Positions 23,266-36,630 of a stretch of 64,000 nt of DNA are shown here, piece after piece. The stretch comes from Takakia lepidozioides (Eukaryota > Plantae > Bryophyta), in the NCBI GenBank assembly GCA_030704615.1, contig CM060731.1, positions 60,078,001 through 60,142,000 on the forward strand. The letters run 5' to 3'. The translations under genes were made by a program, and so were the position numbers. The first letter of the stretch is position 1; each line of letters begins with the position of its first letter. Under the pieces are notes generated by a model. That model did not search any database. It was not told the origin of the DNA and saw nothing but the letters and a program-made list of their open reading frames with translations.

Positions 23266-24280
23266 ATTTCTTATTTCTTTCGACAAAATGGGCAAGTACT
23301 TTATTGAAATGGAAGGTAAAAGATGTTAAACCCTCGCAAGCCAAATTTATTAAATGATATAAACCCTGATATTTAATGTGACATTGAAATATTAGATTAA
23401 TATATACATATATATAACAACCAAATCAATGTGATATTAGATAATCGACCTTTATAAAATATTGTTACATATAAGTATAATCGTTTCACTCACTGTTTCT
23501 TATCTGACTTGAACCAACATGGATATGGTTTGCTCCTATATAGTATATGTCCTCTCTTGTTCCCATAATCTCGCATCTACAATGCAAGAATTAGGAAGAA
23601 CCCACATTGGTCATTATCAACAAATCGCTCATGTTTAGTCCCTGGATAGTCATTTTGTGCAACCTTGCTACCTTAAATCAAGCACTTGTACAATATAATC
23701 ACCACATGAAATTGTACTGATTGAATACATTTGAGGTTGTGTTGTGGTCTGGGCCGACCAAGACTCCTCAAAATTGATCTTTAGTAATTAATTATAATAT
23801 GCTGGAATCTGTATAGAACTGAAAATTTGAGTACAGACACTCTATTGTATGAAAGAACCAAAAACATTGTCACCAAATTACAGTCACTCATATTCTAATG
23901 GGATAAATGTTTATACAGAAAACTTTGGGAGCACTTAGACAACATCATGAGAATTGACAACCATTTTTCCTATACTGGTTAAGCCTAGAACCCTTTTCTG
24001 TGAGGACTTTGGATCATATATTGGGTGACACCAACATAGAAAATTGTGGAGTTCAATGCTCAACATGCCCTGATGCTCAAATTCAAGTGGACGTGTACCT
24101 AATTCCGCATTGTATAATTACAATTAATCCAAACAAGATTGGAAATCTAGCAAATGATCAACAATGGGTTTACAATTTAAATACATGAGTATGGTTTGCT
24201 TGTATCTTTAATGTTTTCCCCACATGCTGCTCTAAAGTCTATTCTAATTTTATGAATCAACTGGTTTATTTATTTCAATA

Positions 24281-27200
24281 TTATACTGACCTTGGTCTGC
24301 ATTGGTTTGTCCAAATAATGTGTTGCTCACTAATGTCGATATTAGGATATCCGAATATCAAATAACCTGCAGGATGACCATCAATATCAGTGGAGTAATC
24401 ATCATTTATATCGAAACAATGAGCCACCGCTTTTTCAATAAGACCATCCTGTTGCAATTGTGCATGCATTGAATGTACATCGTTACTCAAATCCAACAAT
24501 CTATCCATCATTATATTATTATATCGAGGATGGGACTTACAACCACACCTGATCATTTTAGATTACACACCGTAAGTGTAATAATAATATATGCTATTTG
24601 TGACGTAGTTATTGGTTTATTTGAATGGTGTATATCTGTTCATATGACCGTAGGTTTCTAGAAACCAATTACAAACAGCAACATAAGGTCAACTTGTCTT
24701 AGATCAATCAAATGTTGATGAGGGAACTAAATCGATGTAAACACAATATCAAATGTTACATTGTTTTACATCAGATATTTAAAATACTTGATGCTGGTTT
24801 TAGCTAGGTACATGTAGAGCTCTACTACTAGTTCTCACCGTTGATAAGAATGTGCAAACCAAGAGTTCTATCACATGTATACATAATCCAATAGGCCTAG
24901 ATTCATACTGTTTATTTGGAGTGATGTTCCCAAAGTTTTCAATGGTAAGAATGGGTTCCTCATATGAAATGGCTGAATTTTCATCAATTGTAGTCAATGG
25001 ATTTAATAGGTCTTTGTTGAACTAATTGTTGACCAAAATGACTATCAAACATGATGAGCCGCTTTTAGACAAATTGAATTAGTAACATTTATCCCCAAAA
25101 AAATTATGAATATATGAGCATTAGTTATTGTCACTGTATATTTTACCCAAACACAACTTTTGCTGCCATCTCATAGGATATCCGATTAGCATCAGTAAGT
25201 CTAAATGCGAGTTTTTCTCTTATGAATGCGCCATATACAAATGAAGAATCCATATACTCGATCGAAAAATAACATAACCAATAAAACTCGCCTTTACAAT
25301 TTTCTTCGGGCATACATTTTGCTTGTTTACAATTTACCATATCTTTATATCTCGGATGATATATTCCATTTGGTCCCTGGAGATTAAAATATACCACTAA
25401 AATTATGACTTTAAGATTACCTAATACATTGTACCTAAAAATAGTGTTGTTCTGAAGTTCTATGCTCTAGGCTCATCTCTTGTGACATGGGGTGCGGTTA
25501 GCCTTATGCTTCTCTAGAGGGTTTTATTTTTCCCTCCCTTGCAATAATTCCTTAAATGTTTGTAGGAAACACACATTCGATCATTCTAATAGTTATTATA
25601 TTGCTGTTTTATACTCAAATGAATATGTAAATATCATCATATCTATTATATATATATAATATATAATATAATAGTCCAAATATAAATAGACCATTGTATA
25701 TATATTGTCATATCTAATCCTAGATACTTGTCAAAATGTAGGCTTCATGTAGGCTTATCTACATAAAAACACACTATTTAACAAAAATAAAAATATAATA
25801 TACAAAATTTTAATATCTTAAATTATTTCGACGATATTACTCATTCAACAAATGTTGTTACATATCAAAAGAGTAGGCTACCATTTGGGGTTATCCACTT
25901 ATACAAACAAAACATTAACAATGAGTTCAAAATTGAACCACAAAAATCATAAATTGTGGAAATATTTATTGTAGAAATTCATACTACAATAAATATTCAT
26001 TCAAGAAAAATCGAAGAACTTATCTGAATGAAACTTTTAATTTATAAATAATATTTTTAACAATAATACGGTATCATTCAATAAATTCATTTTTGTCTTA
26101 CCTTTAAGAAGAAAAAAAAATGGATCTTTGTAAACATAAATTTTGTATGTCGCTTCACCCCCTAAAAGACTACTAGGGAGAACTTTTAGTACTCGAAATC
26201 CAATGTACCTACGTGTTTACCGAACTGGTTGACCCAGTGACCCCATTTAAAGTAGCTAGGTTGGTTATGATGGGTGACATCCATGTAAGTAATGGATTGC
26301 TTATAAGGCGACCTTGCACGCCAAACCATGGGGTTGTCTATTGGATGCCTCTTATGTTAATGCATGTTATGTGTATGTAGGAGAACTATTCAGTTTTTCA
26401 ATACACTTTAAAAGCATACATATGAGTAACAACTTGAGTGCGTGATACATGACTGAAACAATAATATTGCAACAACTACCAAATGTTTTCAATTACACTT
26501 GTCAATAGAGTTGTCAGTCAAGAAGCTGGTTACTTGAATTGAAGTACAAATGATTTACTTAAAACTGGCTGGTCATTGGTCAATGGTCACACTGGCACCT
26601 AATGAGGTGGATACTTGACTTTCAAGTCCTTGGAAGAGGTTGGGACGTCTTGGTTATTTTAGTAAACATGTTAAGACATGTATCATTGTTATAGAAGGTT
26701 TTACCCTTAAGTTCCCAAGCGACCTGAATCGGGTCACTTTGAATTTGCAGTTCGACCTAATTTTTGCAGATCTAATCTGATGGGGCCCACTCCGGAAGCT
26801 TTAATGACAAGGGATTTGTCTGGAGTATGATGCAAAAAACAAAATTAAGCAAAAACAAAAGCTGTGACTTACAAAAAATATCTTAGATCTCTCATTTACG
26901 TCTTGGGGCCTGAAAAGGGTTGTTGACCGCTAACGTGGCAGGTAAACAAGCCCAAAACAGATTGCACTCCAAAGGCCATTTTTGGCAGAAAATTAGCAAT
27001 TTTGGAAAAAAACACTTCACCTTGTGGTGTGTGAGCATTACATACACACATCCACCGTTGGCTTTTAAAAAAAATTTAGAAAAAAAAATACTTCATGGAG
27101 GCACATTTTCTCTTGTCAATTTTGAGATTTCAACCCCAATGTAATTGCATGAGCAAGCATAGGTGAAAAAATCAGTTGGACCTGCAATTTAGTGGGGTCA

Positions 27201-28101
27201 TGGCCACTCCACTATTGATTTGGAAATGGTGGGTCTTGGGGCAAGCAAAATTGGATAAAGCTAGGTTTTGATTTGGTCAAACCAATTTCTTTCTCACTTT
27301 TTCTTTGGGACCTGATATTTGAGGTCCGGGCCAACGCTATAATCTCACAATTTCCAGGGTGGACTTGGCTCATTTTCTGGTATGTCATGCATAAATGAGC
27401 TGGGCCCATTGCTATAAGGCTGGAATCTGTGGATGATTTTTGGTAGGTTTCTAGGGGAAATTTACTGCAGCTGGGTACTCAAAATTGGTAAAAAGTCAAA
27501 AAAGGGCTTGGGAACTTAAGGGTTAAATGCTGCATGATCAAGTAAACCAAAAATAACTAGAAGAGAATGAATTCAAATAGTCTAATAGGTATAAGATAAC
27601 CTTTGAACATGATGCACTTGCATTATTCGGGAAGAGTTCGCTTGGGAGTGTAATGGGTATTTGACAATTTACCCATGTGTGAGGGCTGCCAGTATCAATA
27701 AATAGGTTTACCACTGATCCAGCCAATTTCATTTTAACATAATGCATAATTATAAAGAAACAATAAGTTGGGGCCAATTCTATTGAATTTTTTTTATGCA
27801 TTAATATTTTATTGTGCATATTGTTGTTAGTTGTATGAAACAATGTGTCATCCATTTCAAACGTCCCAAAAAACTTTTGTGTGCGATATACTGTGTAGAT
27901 AATGTTGTTATGCAGAGCTGCATGATGTGGTGAATGAAATGGTTGCTTATAAAGCTTGATCCTTAACAAGGTTACAACAGAAACAACCAAGAAAAACAAT
28001 ATCATTTTTGTTGTGCATAATAACAAACTTCGCCGAGTCCATGATTCCTCACCCATATGCTTTGTCCACATGATGAAATTATTGTATAAATAAAGTTTCA
28101 T
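24281..28101 (-). pseudogene. Degenerate A1 (pepsin-like, nucellin/APCB1-type) aspartic protease
   Basis: Fragments in the expected order: YVKMKLAGSVVNLFIDTGSPHTWVNC (catalytic DTG), VNCKQAKC..LCYFSIEYMDSSFVYGAFIREKL..VVFG, and LLDLS..SMHAQLQQDGLIEKAVAHCF..GYLIFG. The second catalytic motif is not recognisable, and the region is interrupted by repeats. Confidence 0.7.
26704..27522. mobile_element. Non-autonomous TIR element with piggyBac-like ends (819 bp)
   Basis: Perfect 17-bp TIR CCCTTAAGTTCCCAAGC / GCTTGGGAACTTAAGGG, flanked by TTTA (left) and TTAA (right). No transposase ORF. Confidence 0.7.
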
Positions 28102-31100
28102 TTAGATAAATTTTCAATAATAATATTTATTAGTAAGTATTGTACATTACTTAAAGAAGTGATAGATAAATTATATAATGTACATATATATAGCAATTGC
28201 CAATCAACAATTTGGGTTCACATTTATTCAACCCAAATTAAGCATCAAAAGTTTAGTACATAGCTTAGTGATAAGAAACCTTGCATATATTTAGTACACG
28301 CACATATGAGGCAGTCATGGCGCATGCTACTAAGTCATTCTCAAGAGATTATTTCGAACTAAATTATATATAGATTTTATAGATTATATATTATTAAGAA
28401 TATCCAAAAATTTCTTTAGTTAATGTTTTTACTTCTACGATATATATCTAAATTGTTCAAAATATTTTAACCTGCAATTATCAGTCAATATGTGAACAAT
28501 AAAATCATTATAAGATATAAACCTTGCGCAATCATATACAACCTTAATAATAACTTTCTTGAATATATTAGTTCTTATATCTGTAGTAGTGAGTAGTTTG
28601 TATTTCTATGTTTGACTTGTCCATTTATTTTATCTTAAATTAAACTTCATAGATGGAGAGGATATATCTTAAAAACTATAGCAAGGTTATTTGCTCATGC
28701 ATGAGTAATTGGAGCTGCATGATTTGTACATATGGGCCTATTTGTTGTGTCATCGTATGATATATAATAATATATTGTATATAATATACGTATTATTATG
28801 AACACGCTAAATATTTACGTAGTAGTACCAACAGTCTCTCTAAAGTTCTACACAATATGTGTATATTGCAGATATTATTAGAACTGCAGTAATTGAATAA
28901 AAGTGAAAGATGAATAGGATAAAAATGTTGTTATGAATTATCTATTGAAAATAATAATAGTGTCAAACAATGCACCCTTAATGAGTTAGTGAGATACATA
29001 TGTACATGCATATTGATATATATGTATATATATATATATATATTGATTTCATATTTTTTATTTATTTAAAGAGGTGACAGGGGACATCAATATTTTATTA
29101 TTAATGTAAAGGGGGAAAAATTAAAACTCCAAAGGGCCATAAAGCAAACACGCCCAACTTTGCTGAAGGAAGAATTTGAAGGACAGAACATGTGAAGGAC
29201 ACACAATAACTTATTGGCCCATGCGACTAAGACTAAGACAAGTACATTCAATGATTCCAACAAGTGGAATATAAATTATTATATTTGTTCAGAAGAATAT
29301 TAAGAATTTATTCTATATTGTTTACATTTTCGTCTGGAAAAAAGGTTCAATTTGAAGACTCTTGAATTTGCTATTCATGCTTAAGGTTAAATGTATGCAT
29401 ATCGAACCTGATGCATATTTAAATGATGATATCAAATATCGATTGATTGTGAATGTTTGATTATTCATGCTTAATGTGTCCGCTGACACTATATGGGGCA
29501 TCCTAATAAATTTCAATTATGATAGAGGTTAAGTTCTCCTAGATCTGTTAGAATGTCCATTGCTAAACACAACTTACCATTAATGTCGATGACCCTCAAT
29601 TGCGTAAAAATCTAATATGTTATCTTACAGATTGTGACTAGACAAAGTAGGTAGTGCATACCGGAAACTTGCCATATGGGCACTCATTATTCACACAAGA
29701 GCTTGTAGTCCCAGAGTCGGAAAATTGTCCATATGTACTCCTTTTCATGTTCAAGGTAATTTCTAATAGCTTTTGCAAGATAATTTAATGTCCGAATATC
29801 TATATTTATATATAGATATTCAAGTACAAGTATTGATACGAGGTAGGATTGCAATCATCCAATTTAGATTATCAATTATTGTCAGAAGTTTGTATTATTC
29901 AAAATTAGTTGTTTGTGTACAATATTACTGCAAAAACAATTGTTTTCCCCATAATTTTAAGATAGAAAGATAAGACATGTTGTATTGGATACCTAATGAT
30001 TTTATAAAATTACAAAAAAAACAAATTATCCCCTAGCTCAATAAAATTGATCAAGTACATTCAAATTGCTTCAACATTAAAGAAAGATGTAGATATGGAA
30101 GTTTGGTCTGAACATCGATATCATTTGTTTATATTTAATGGATGATGTTACGTATATTCAAAAAAATCTGATAGATGAAGTTCTGATTTGTGATCCACAT
30201 CTTTATATGACATGCATTAATATTCAACTAGTTGTTGGAGAAATCAAATACAGAAAAATTATCAGGTTTTAGATTTCAAAGGTTACATTTAAGTATCATG
30301 TAACAAGCAGCTAGACGAGTATGGCTCCTCCTTGCAAATAGTGAAATTCACTTTAAGCCAAGGGACATGGATTTTTTTCCAATCATTTAAAAAATAAAGT
30401 TAGAGGCTTTTTGTTTCTTCTTTAATATACTATTTTAAAATCAAAATCCATACCCACTTTGGCCTATGATGTTTTATTAAAATCAATATTTGTAAATTAT
30501 CATGTTATTGAAAAACAATCATTTATGCAAAATGAGCACTTAAATTGGTTATGATCTTCTTTTACGCTCGCACACACTATAAGCATGGATCAAGCGTGGG
30601 TTCCCATGTGTTTTGGTTTGTTAAGACAAACGACATTGCGTTGTGGCTTAGTTGCAACGACCTGTAGTCGATTCTTTTCCTAGACGGATAAATGTATTTG
30701 TGTGAATTCAATTCAAGAAATTGCCAAGGTATCTAATGCTCCTACTAAAAATCCAAAAGATATTTTACCCAACGATAGTGGTCGACTGGGATTTTGCCGT
30801 GTTCTGACAGGAGGAAGCAGTTATGAGAGTTGTTGGTGGTGAATTTTTTCGTATGTGTCTAATGGTGGGGCAAGACGGTGTGGGTGAAGTTTCAGACCCA
30901 AATATTGATATGTCCACACTCCAAAAATTTGCTCCGCGATGGAACAACGTTTTCCACGATGATTTGTGGCTCAGTGTTTTTCCGCTTTTGGAGGTTTAAT
31001 CCAATGGAACTAAAGATTGGTGGGGATTCAATGGTACCCCACAGGAATTTATGGCCAAGTTTGAGGATTTTCTTATCATTGTTTGCAATGGCACCCATTT

Positions 31101-31678
31101 TTGGGGCTGATCGGGCAATGAACGTGGCCACCCAAAATGGAGGGATTTTGAGGGGCTAAAATATCTAGGAGCGCCCTAGGATAGCTAGTGGGATAAAGTA
31201 CCACCTACCAACTGACAATATATTTATCATCCTTGGATAATTGAATGTTTCATCCAACATTGTTTATTTATTTTTCTAGTATATAGCTATACATGTGGGC
31301 TTGCTCACCACTTCTTGTTTTTTTTCGTAGTTGCTTTGTGAAGCGCAATTCATGTTTTAGTTAGTTTCCTAGAAGCTTAAGCTTAGAAAATCAATCTTAG
31401 AATCCTAAGAAGTCATAGTGTTGGCTAGGCTTTGAAGGAGACAACAATAAACAAGAGGTCATATTGTTTGTGGCTTAGACTAGTGGTTCTAGCAAGCTTG
31501 GAGGAGGCAACTAGAAGTACTTGAAAAAGACCAGGGTGAGGGAGAGGCCTGTGCTCTAGAGCTCGAGTTGTGTTGGTCAAATATCATTTTATGAATTTAA
31601 TTTAATAATAATAATAATATATTATATTTAAATAATAATAATAATAATTTTTTATTTATATATAATTTATTTATTTAT

Positions 31679-31682
<4 letters not shown>

Positions 31683-31728
<46 letters not shown>
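31683..31728 (+). repeat. Poly(A) tract (46 nt) after (AAT)n low-complexity sequence
   Basis: Seen directly in the sequence. Confidence 0.95.
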
Positions 31729-31732
<4 letters not shown>

Positions 31733-33129
31733 CCCCTAAAAGCTCGAGTATGTCTTGCAAACTTGGAGTGAGGTGAGCCCCTATGAGAGAGTGGAGATAG
31801 GAAGCAACAAACCCCATAGGAGAGGTGAGTTATTAATTAACCCCATTTGCTAACTTTGGGTAGCCCATTTAGCAAGTTGGGAGCATTCCAAGAGAGGAGA
31901 GGAGTTTTGTCCTAAGTTGTTCATCTCTATTTTGATTATATGTGTGTTCTAACCCTTTTGACAAGTCCCACTAACCCAAAAGAGGAGTGAAGAGAGCTTG
32001 GGATGAAAAATACTAGCACCATAGTGGACAAGAGGCCCATGGGTTCGTTTGTTGATTTTTGGACTAAGAGTGGAAGGGATCTAACCATGGGGGGATCTTA
32101 ACCATGAGGGAGCTCTAACATGTGGGGGTTGTCCCTGACATGGCTTGTGGGATCTACTTACCTTGGCCACTAGGCTTTTTATTTTGTTGTGACGTCCAAC
32201 TTTGGAGTGTGAGGGAAGCTAACCAAGCCCAAAAGCTTGACTAGATGTTTAGAGATTCCACGGCAGTTTTTATTTTATGAAGTGAATTAGAGTAAGTGAG
32301 TAGTAGCACTAGCTACACACATTATGCTTGGCCACTAGGCCCCTATTACTAAGTACCAAGCCACCTTAAGGAAGAGGGGGAAGAATGGAAATGAGAGGGA
32401 GAGCCATTATAGTGGTCTCGTGGTTACCGGAAGGCCCTTGGGTTAACCTTGAAGACGGAAAAGCAGGTATTATCTTTTTTTTCACCCCAAAGGCCATTGT
32501 GTAGGAGTCGTCCCTCCCAGCTTCACTAAGAATGTTATTTCTCGACCGTAGCTTTCAAGGGCTGTAAGATGAATTGTAATTTAAGATCCGAGCCGTAGTT
32601 ATTTATCTATGATTATTCATGGCTTCCTCCTGGAATTATTTTTCCAAGCAAGAATCCACTGCCGGTTTTCTTTTTTATTGTGGGTAAGATTTAATTTCAA
32701 GCCCAAAATCTATTTGCATTAATTAGGCCCCCATAGCTCTAGGAAGCCTTGGGGGACCTATACTAACTATGGCCATGGTAATAAACTAACCCCATTGGGG
32801 TTAGGACCTCATGCCCATTTATTAAAGGTTTTGGTGGTATGGATTAATTCTTAAGTTGGGCAGCCTTTATTAGAGGCGCCATAGGGGGGAAATCTAAGCA
32901 ATAGCCATAAATGGCTAATGGAAGCAAGGCGGGCTGCTGCCCATGTGGGAGCCCTTGACCTCACCAAGACCAAGGTGTACAGCCACGCAGCTCAAGATCG
33001 CGTCCCACATTCAATTTTGTTAGCGGCCCAACGGTCCGTCGGCTGCCACCCCATTCTACGGCTAGTGGCGCCTCGTCACGTGGCTTGCAGTGGGGTCTGG
33101 GTGTAAGAGTGGCTCCAAATTTACTTCAC

Positions 33130-35230
33130 TCTTCGTTGCAGAAACTATAACCATCTTTACCAAGTTCAATAATCATGTTGTTTTCAGCTGCCGCCTCTCG
33201 ATTATCAAAGTCTGAATTCAGCTCTTGAAGAGTACCACTTAAGTCAAAAGCTCTTGCCAAGTCCTTGTGCCGTTCAGCCTTCTTTAAGCTAACTTGCAGC
33301 TCCTCCCACTTCTATTTCAACAAACGTAGCTCATCCACCCCCTTCTTCTCCTTTTCATACCCCATCTTCAAGGAATGCAACTTTTGTTTCAACTTGTCAA
33401 GTTCCCGTTTGACTTGTGCAACAAGATAGCCAACATTGCATTCCTAGATTCAAATTTCACAATATAGTTGAATTTAAACCGAAAAATCGTGAAACACTAT
33501 ACGTAATCTAAGAGAGAGGCAGGTTGGCTATCGAGTTGCACCCGCATGTTGGAACATGCCTCATCCAACAAATCAATAGCTTTGTCCGGAAGAAATCGCC
33601 CTGCAAAACTTGTATATATTATAACCGGTTGAGACAAAATTCGTGGAGTAGGTTAGATATATGATGTTGTATGGCTACTGACATACGGAGCTCTACTTGT
33701 CAATAACTTCATCTAATGTGTTTTTACAAACGGTAGAGCTGTTGTGTATGTTGTTGTGAACAACATAACTCCCTTGCAAGATTACAAGTCAGAAGATTGT
33801 TACATTATCAAAGGTTATCCTCCAGAACCAAAGAAATGGCCAACAATAGAAGAAATCCTACCTATAATGTATCGAGCTGACAACTAAGCAGCTGCTACTA
33901 CAGTAGTGTTGAATATCCGGACACTATGATATTCTTCATACTTTTTTCTACTCCTCGAAGAATATCAACTGAATCTTTGACACTCGGCTCTGCTACCATT
34001 ACCTGCATTGTAAAAAATCATAAGCATGAATACCAGTAGACACTACGTCGATCGGTAATTAAAAAAAAAGAAATCTAAGCAGAACCCCTAGCAACCATAA
34101 CTTAATCCTACCCCAAGTGTTACATGAAGCTAGTACTGAGCTGAAACCGACGCTCAAAGGTTGCATCTCTTTCAACATATTTCTTGTACTCATCTAGTGT
34201 TGTGGCCCCAATGCAACGGAGCTAGCCCCGAGCGAGCATTGACTTCATAATATTTGCTGAATCCATTGGACCTTCTGTGCGCCCTACCATAAAAACACTG
34301 ATATTAGCAAGCGAAGGGTAGAAATAAAAGCATGTCATCTAGGAGAACCTGCAGCTGACCTCTTCTATGACTTGAACTTCCAAGGTAGACATAAGAGGAT
34401 AAGAGGATGATCTCTAGAGATAATTGTTACCCGCTCCAAGTACAAGGTGAATCTCATCGATGAAGATGATGACCTTGCCTTTGGCATCCTGGACCTCCTT
34501 AAGTACAGACTTGAGCCGTTCTTCAAAACCACTCCTTTGCTTGCCAGCCGCCATCAATTATCCAATATCAAGAGCCACCACTTGTACATTGAGCAAGTTC
34601 TTGCACCATGCAATAAAGATAGTAATAAACACAATGATAAACTGTCATGTGACTAGATAAATAACACAACAGGCAAAGATTAGGATCTCATTTGCTGATG
34701 ATCATCAGGCATAACAGAATCCCTAGAACATTGCCTACTATCCTGCCATGCTCTGGCAAAAATCTAGCCATTGGTTAAAGTATTCTACCATCAATGGATC
34801 GAGTCTCTCAGACATCTCTCATCTGGATTTACTTCTCAACTATAACCTTACCTCCAAACAAAATTCATTCTCTTGCCCAGTCTTTGAAACCTTCTGAAGC
34901 TCTACCTTGTGGCATCTATGGCGAGCCCGATGTCGTAGAGCCTTTTCATGAGAAACGTGCTTGACCTCCTGCCTGCTCTCACTAATTTTTCAGGACCTTC
35001 ACGTCGAATAAAAAAAAGCGTGATTGAAATGCTGTACAGATATCCAAAGAGCTCCACGATAAGTGGAGGCAATCCTGCCTTCTTCAAAGCCACTTGGGCC
35101 TGTCATGGACGTATCATATGCCACAGCTTTGCGCAAGACCAATGCGACTGGAACCCACTCCCCCATCTACGCTGGAGAAACCTCCATGTCTCTCTCCACC
35201 GCCTTGCTTGAGTTCGAGAGGGAGGTCAAT
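33130..35230 (-). pseudogene. ClpB/HSP101 chaperone pseudogene (NBD1 and middle-domain relic with introns)
   Basis: Minus-strand pieces: [124 protein letters not shown]. In-frame stops are present and NBD2 is absent. The upstream boundary is approximate. Confidence 0.85.
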
Positions 35231-36630
35231 TGGAATTATATCAAGCAAACCTCAATGCCATCTCCATTTTCGTTAGAACTCCTCTAGTTTAATTTCGATA
35301 GGGCTCATTCTTATATAGGGCACCTCATATTAACTACACTTCCCTCTGCTTGCTGCAATTCCTCTTAGGAGAAAAAAAATAAGGTGGACGCGTTGCCGAA
35401 GCAAGCGTAACTTATGGTGTCACTTGACCCCATAGGGCTACTGCCTTCCGGTGGGAAGGTGGACACCTTAATGACTTCCAACAGGTGGATTGAAACTCGT
35501 GAGAGGGTATGTGCCCTTACCACTCGGCTACATGCTGGTTGTCATCTCTTAGGAGAAAATCTCTCTTCCATCGCACATGCTAGCATCTCTCACATTTCTT
35601 CGCATGGTTCTACATAACTTAGGTTTGCCTCCAGGCGATCACTAGGCTTGTGTCAAGCTCCCTTTGGGGTCAGGTTCTTTACTCACTGACATGGGTGTGT
35701 GTGCCTCAAAGGTGTACCAAGGGGTTTTATTTTTTTTCCCCACAATAATTCCAAATAAAGTTCCCAAGGCCCTCTGCCCCAGGCTGTTTATTTAACAAAA
35801 AAAAAAACTCCAATAATTATAAATAAAGTTCGTGCAGGGCCTCAGTCCCCTTCCCAAAAACAAAAAAAAAAAAAGCCCAAAAAACACAAATACTAAAAAG
35901 AGTACAAGCGTGTGTATTGAACGCTTTGTGTGGGGGCGGGGGAGGGTCGGGGGCCTTCCAAGGGCGTGCACCAGCCTGCCCTGCCCCGCGGCTAACTAGT
36001 GTAGCAAGCAAGCTTGTGGCTTTGCGTTCAGCGAAAGCGAGAGAGAGAGAGAGAGAGAGAGAGGGTAGAGTTTCAAGTTCGGGGCTGGACCGGCGTTTTG
36101 AGAGTGCAGGCATGCCTTCCAGGGAAGTGTTCCGGATTTCAGAGAGGACTTGATGTTGTTATTGGTAGGGTCGGGGGTCAGTGGAGATAGTACATGTGTT
36201 TGTTGTAATTTGAAGTATTCAATCTCTGTGGTTACGGGAATGCAAATTTCAAAGGAGTAATTGACTCCAGAAGAGGCGGATCTATTAAATTTCGAAATCA
36301 ACGGGGAGAGCGAGAGTAAGCATGGAGGAGGCAGCATGATTTACGCATCGGGGTTGGAGGTATCAGTGGCCTGGTTATCTCCCAGGGAGAAATAGGTTGC
36401 TCATCAACCATGCATTTGGTCATTTTGTCGCCATATCAAATTGAGCGGAGACCGCCTGATTTGTTCCCATCTGGAGATTGTCGGAACCCTAGGCTTAGAA
36501 GCGACATTGATAAGTTGATACTACAGTTGTTGAGTTGGCAGAGATCAAAGTTGACAGGACAAGAATCAGAACTATCGAGTTACTGGAACATAAGCACACC
36601 TTCATGTGAATAGCCATTTCTGTAGAAGCC

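Noticed and set aside
31200-33100. Possible LTR retrotransposon remnant
   Set aside because: No paired LTR, PBS, PPT or gag/pol homology could be identified.
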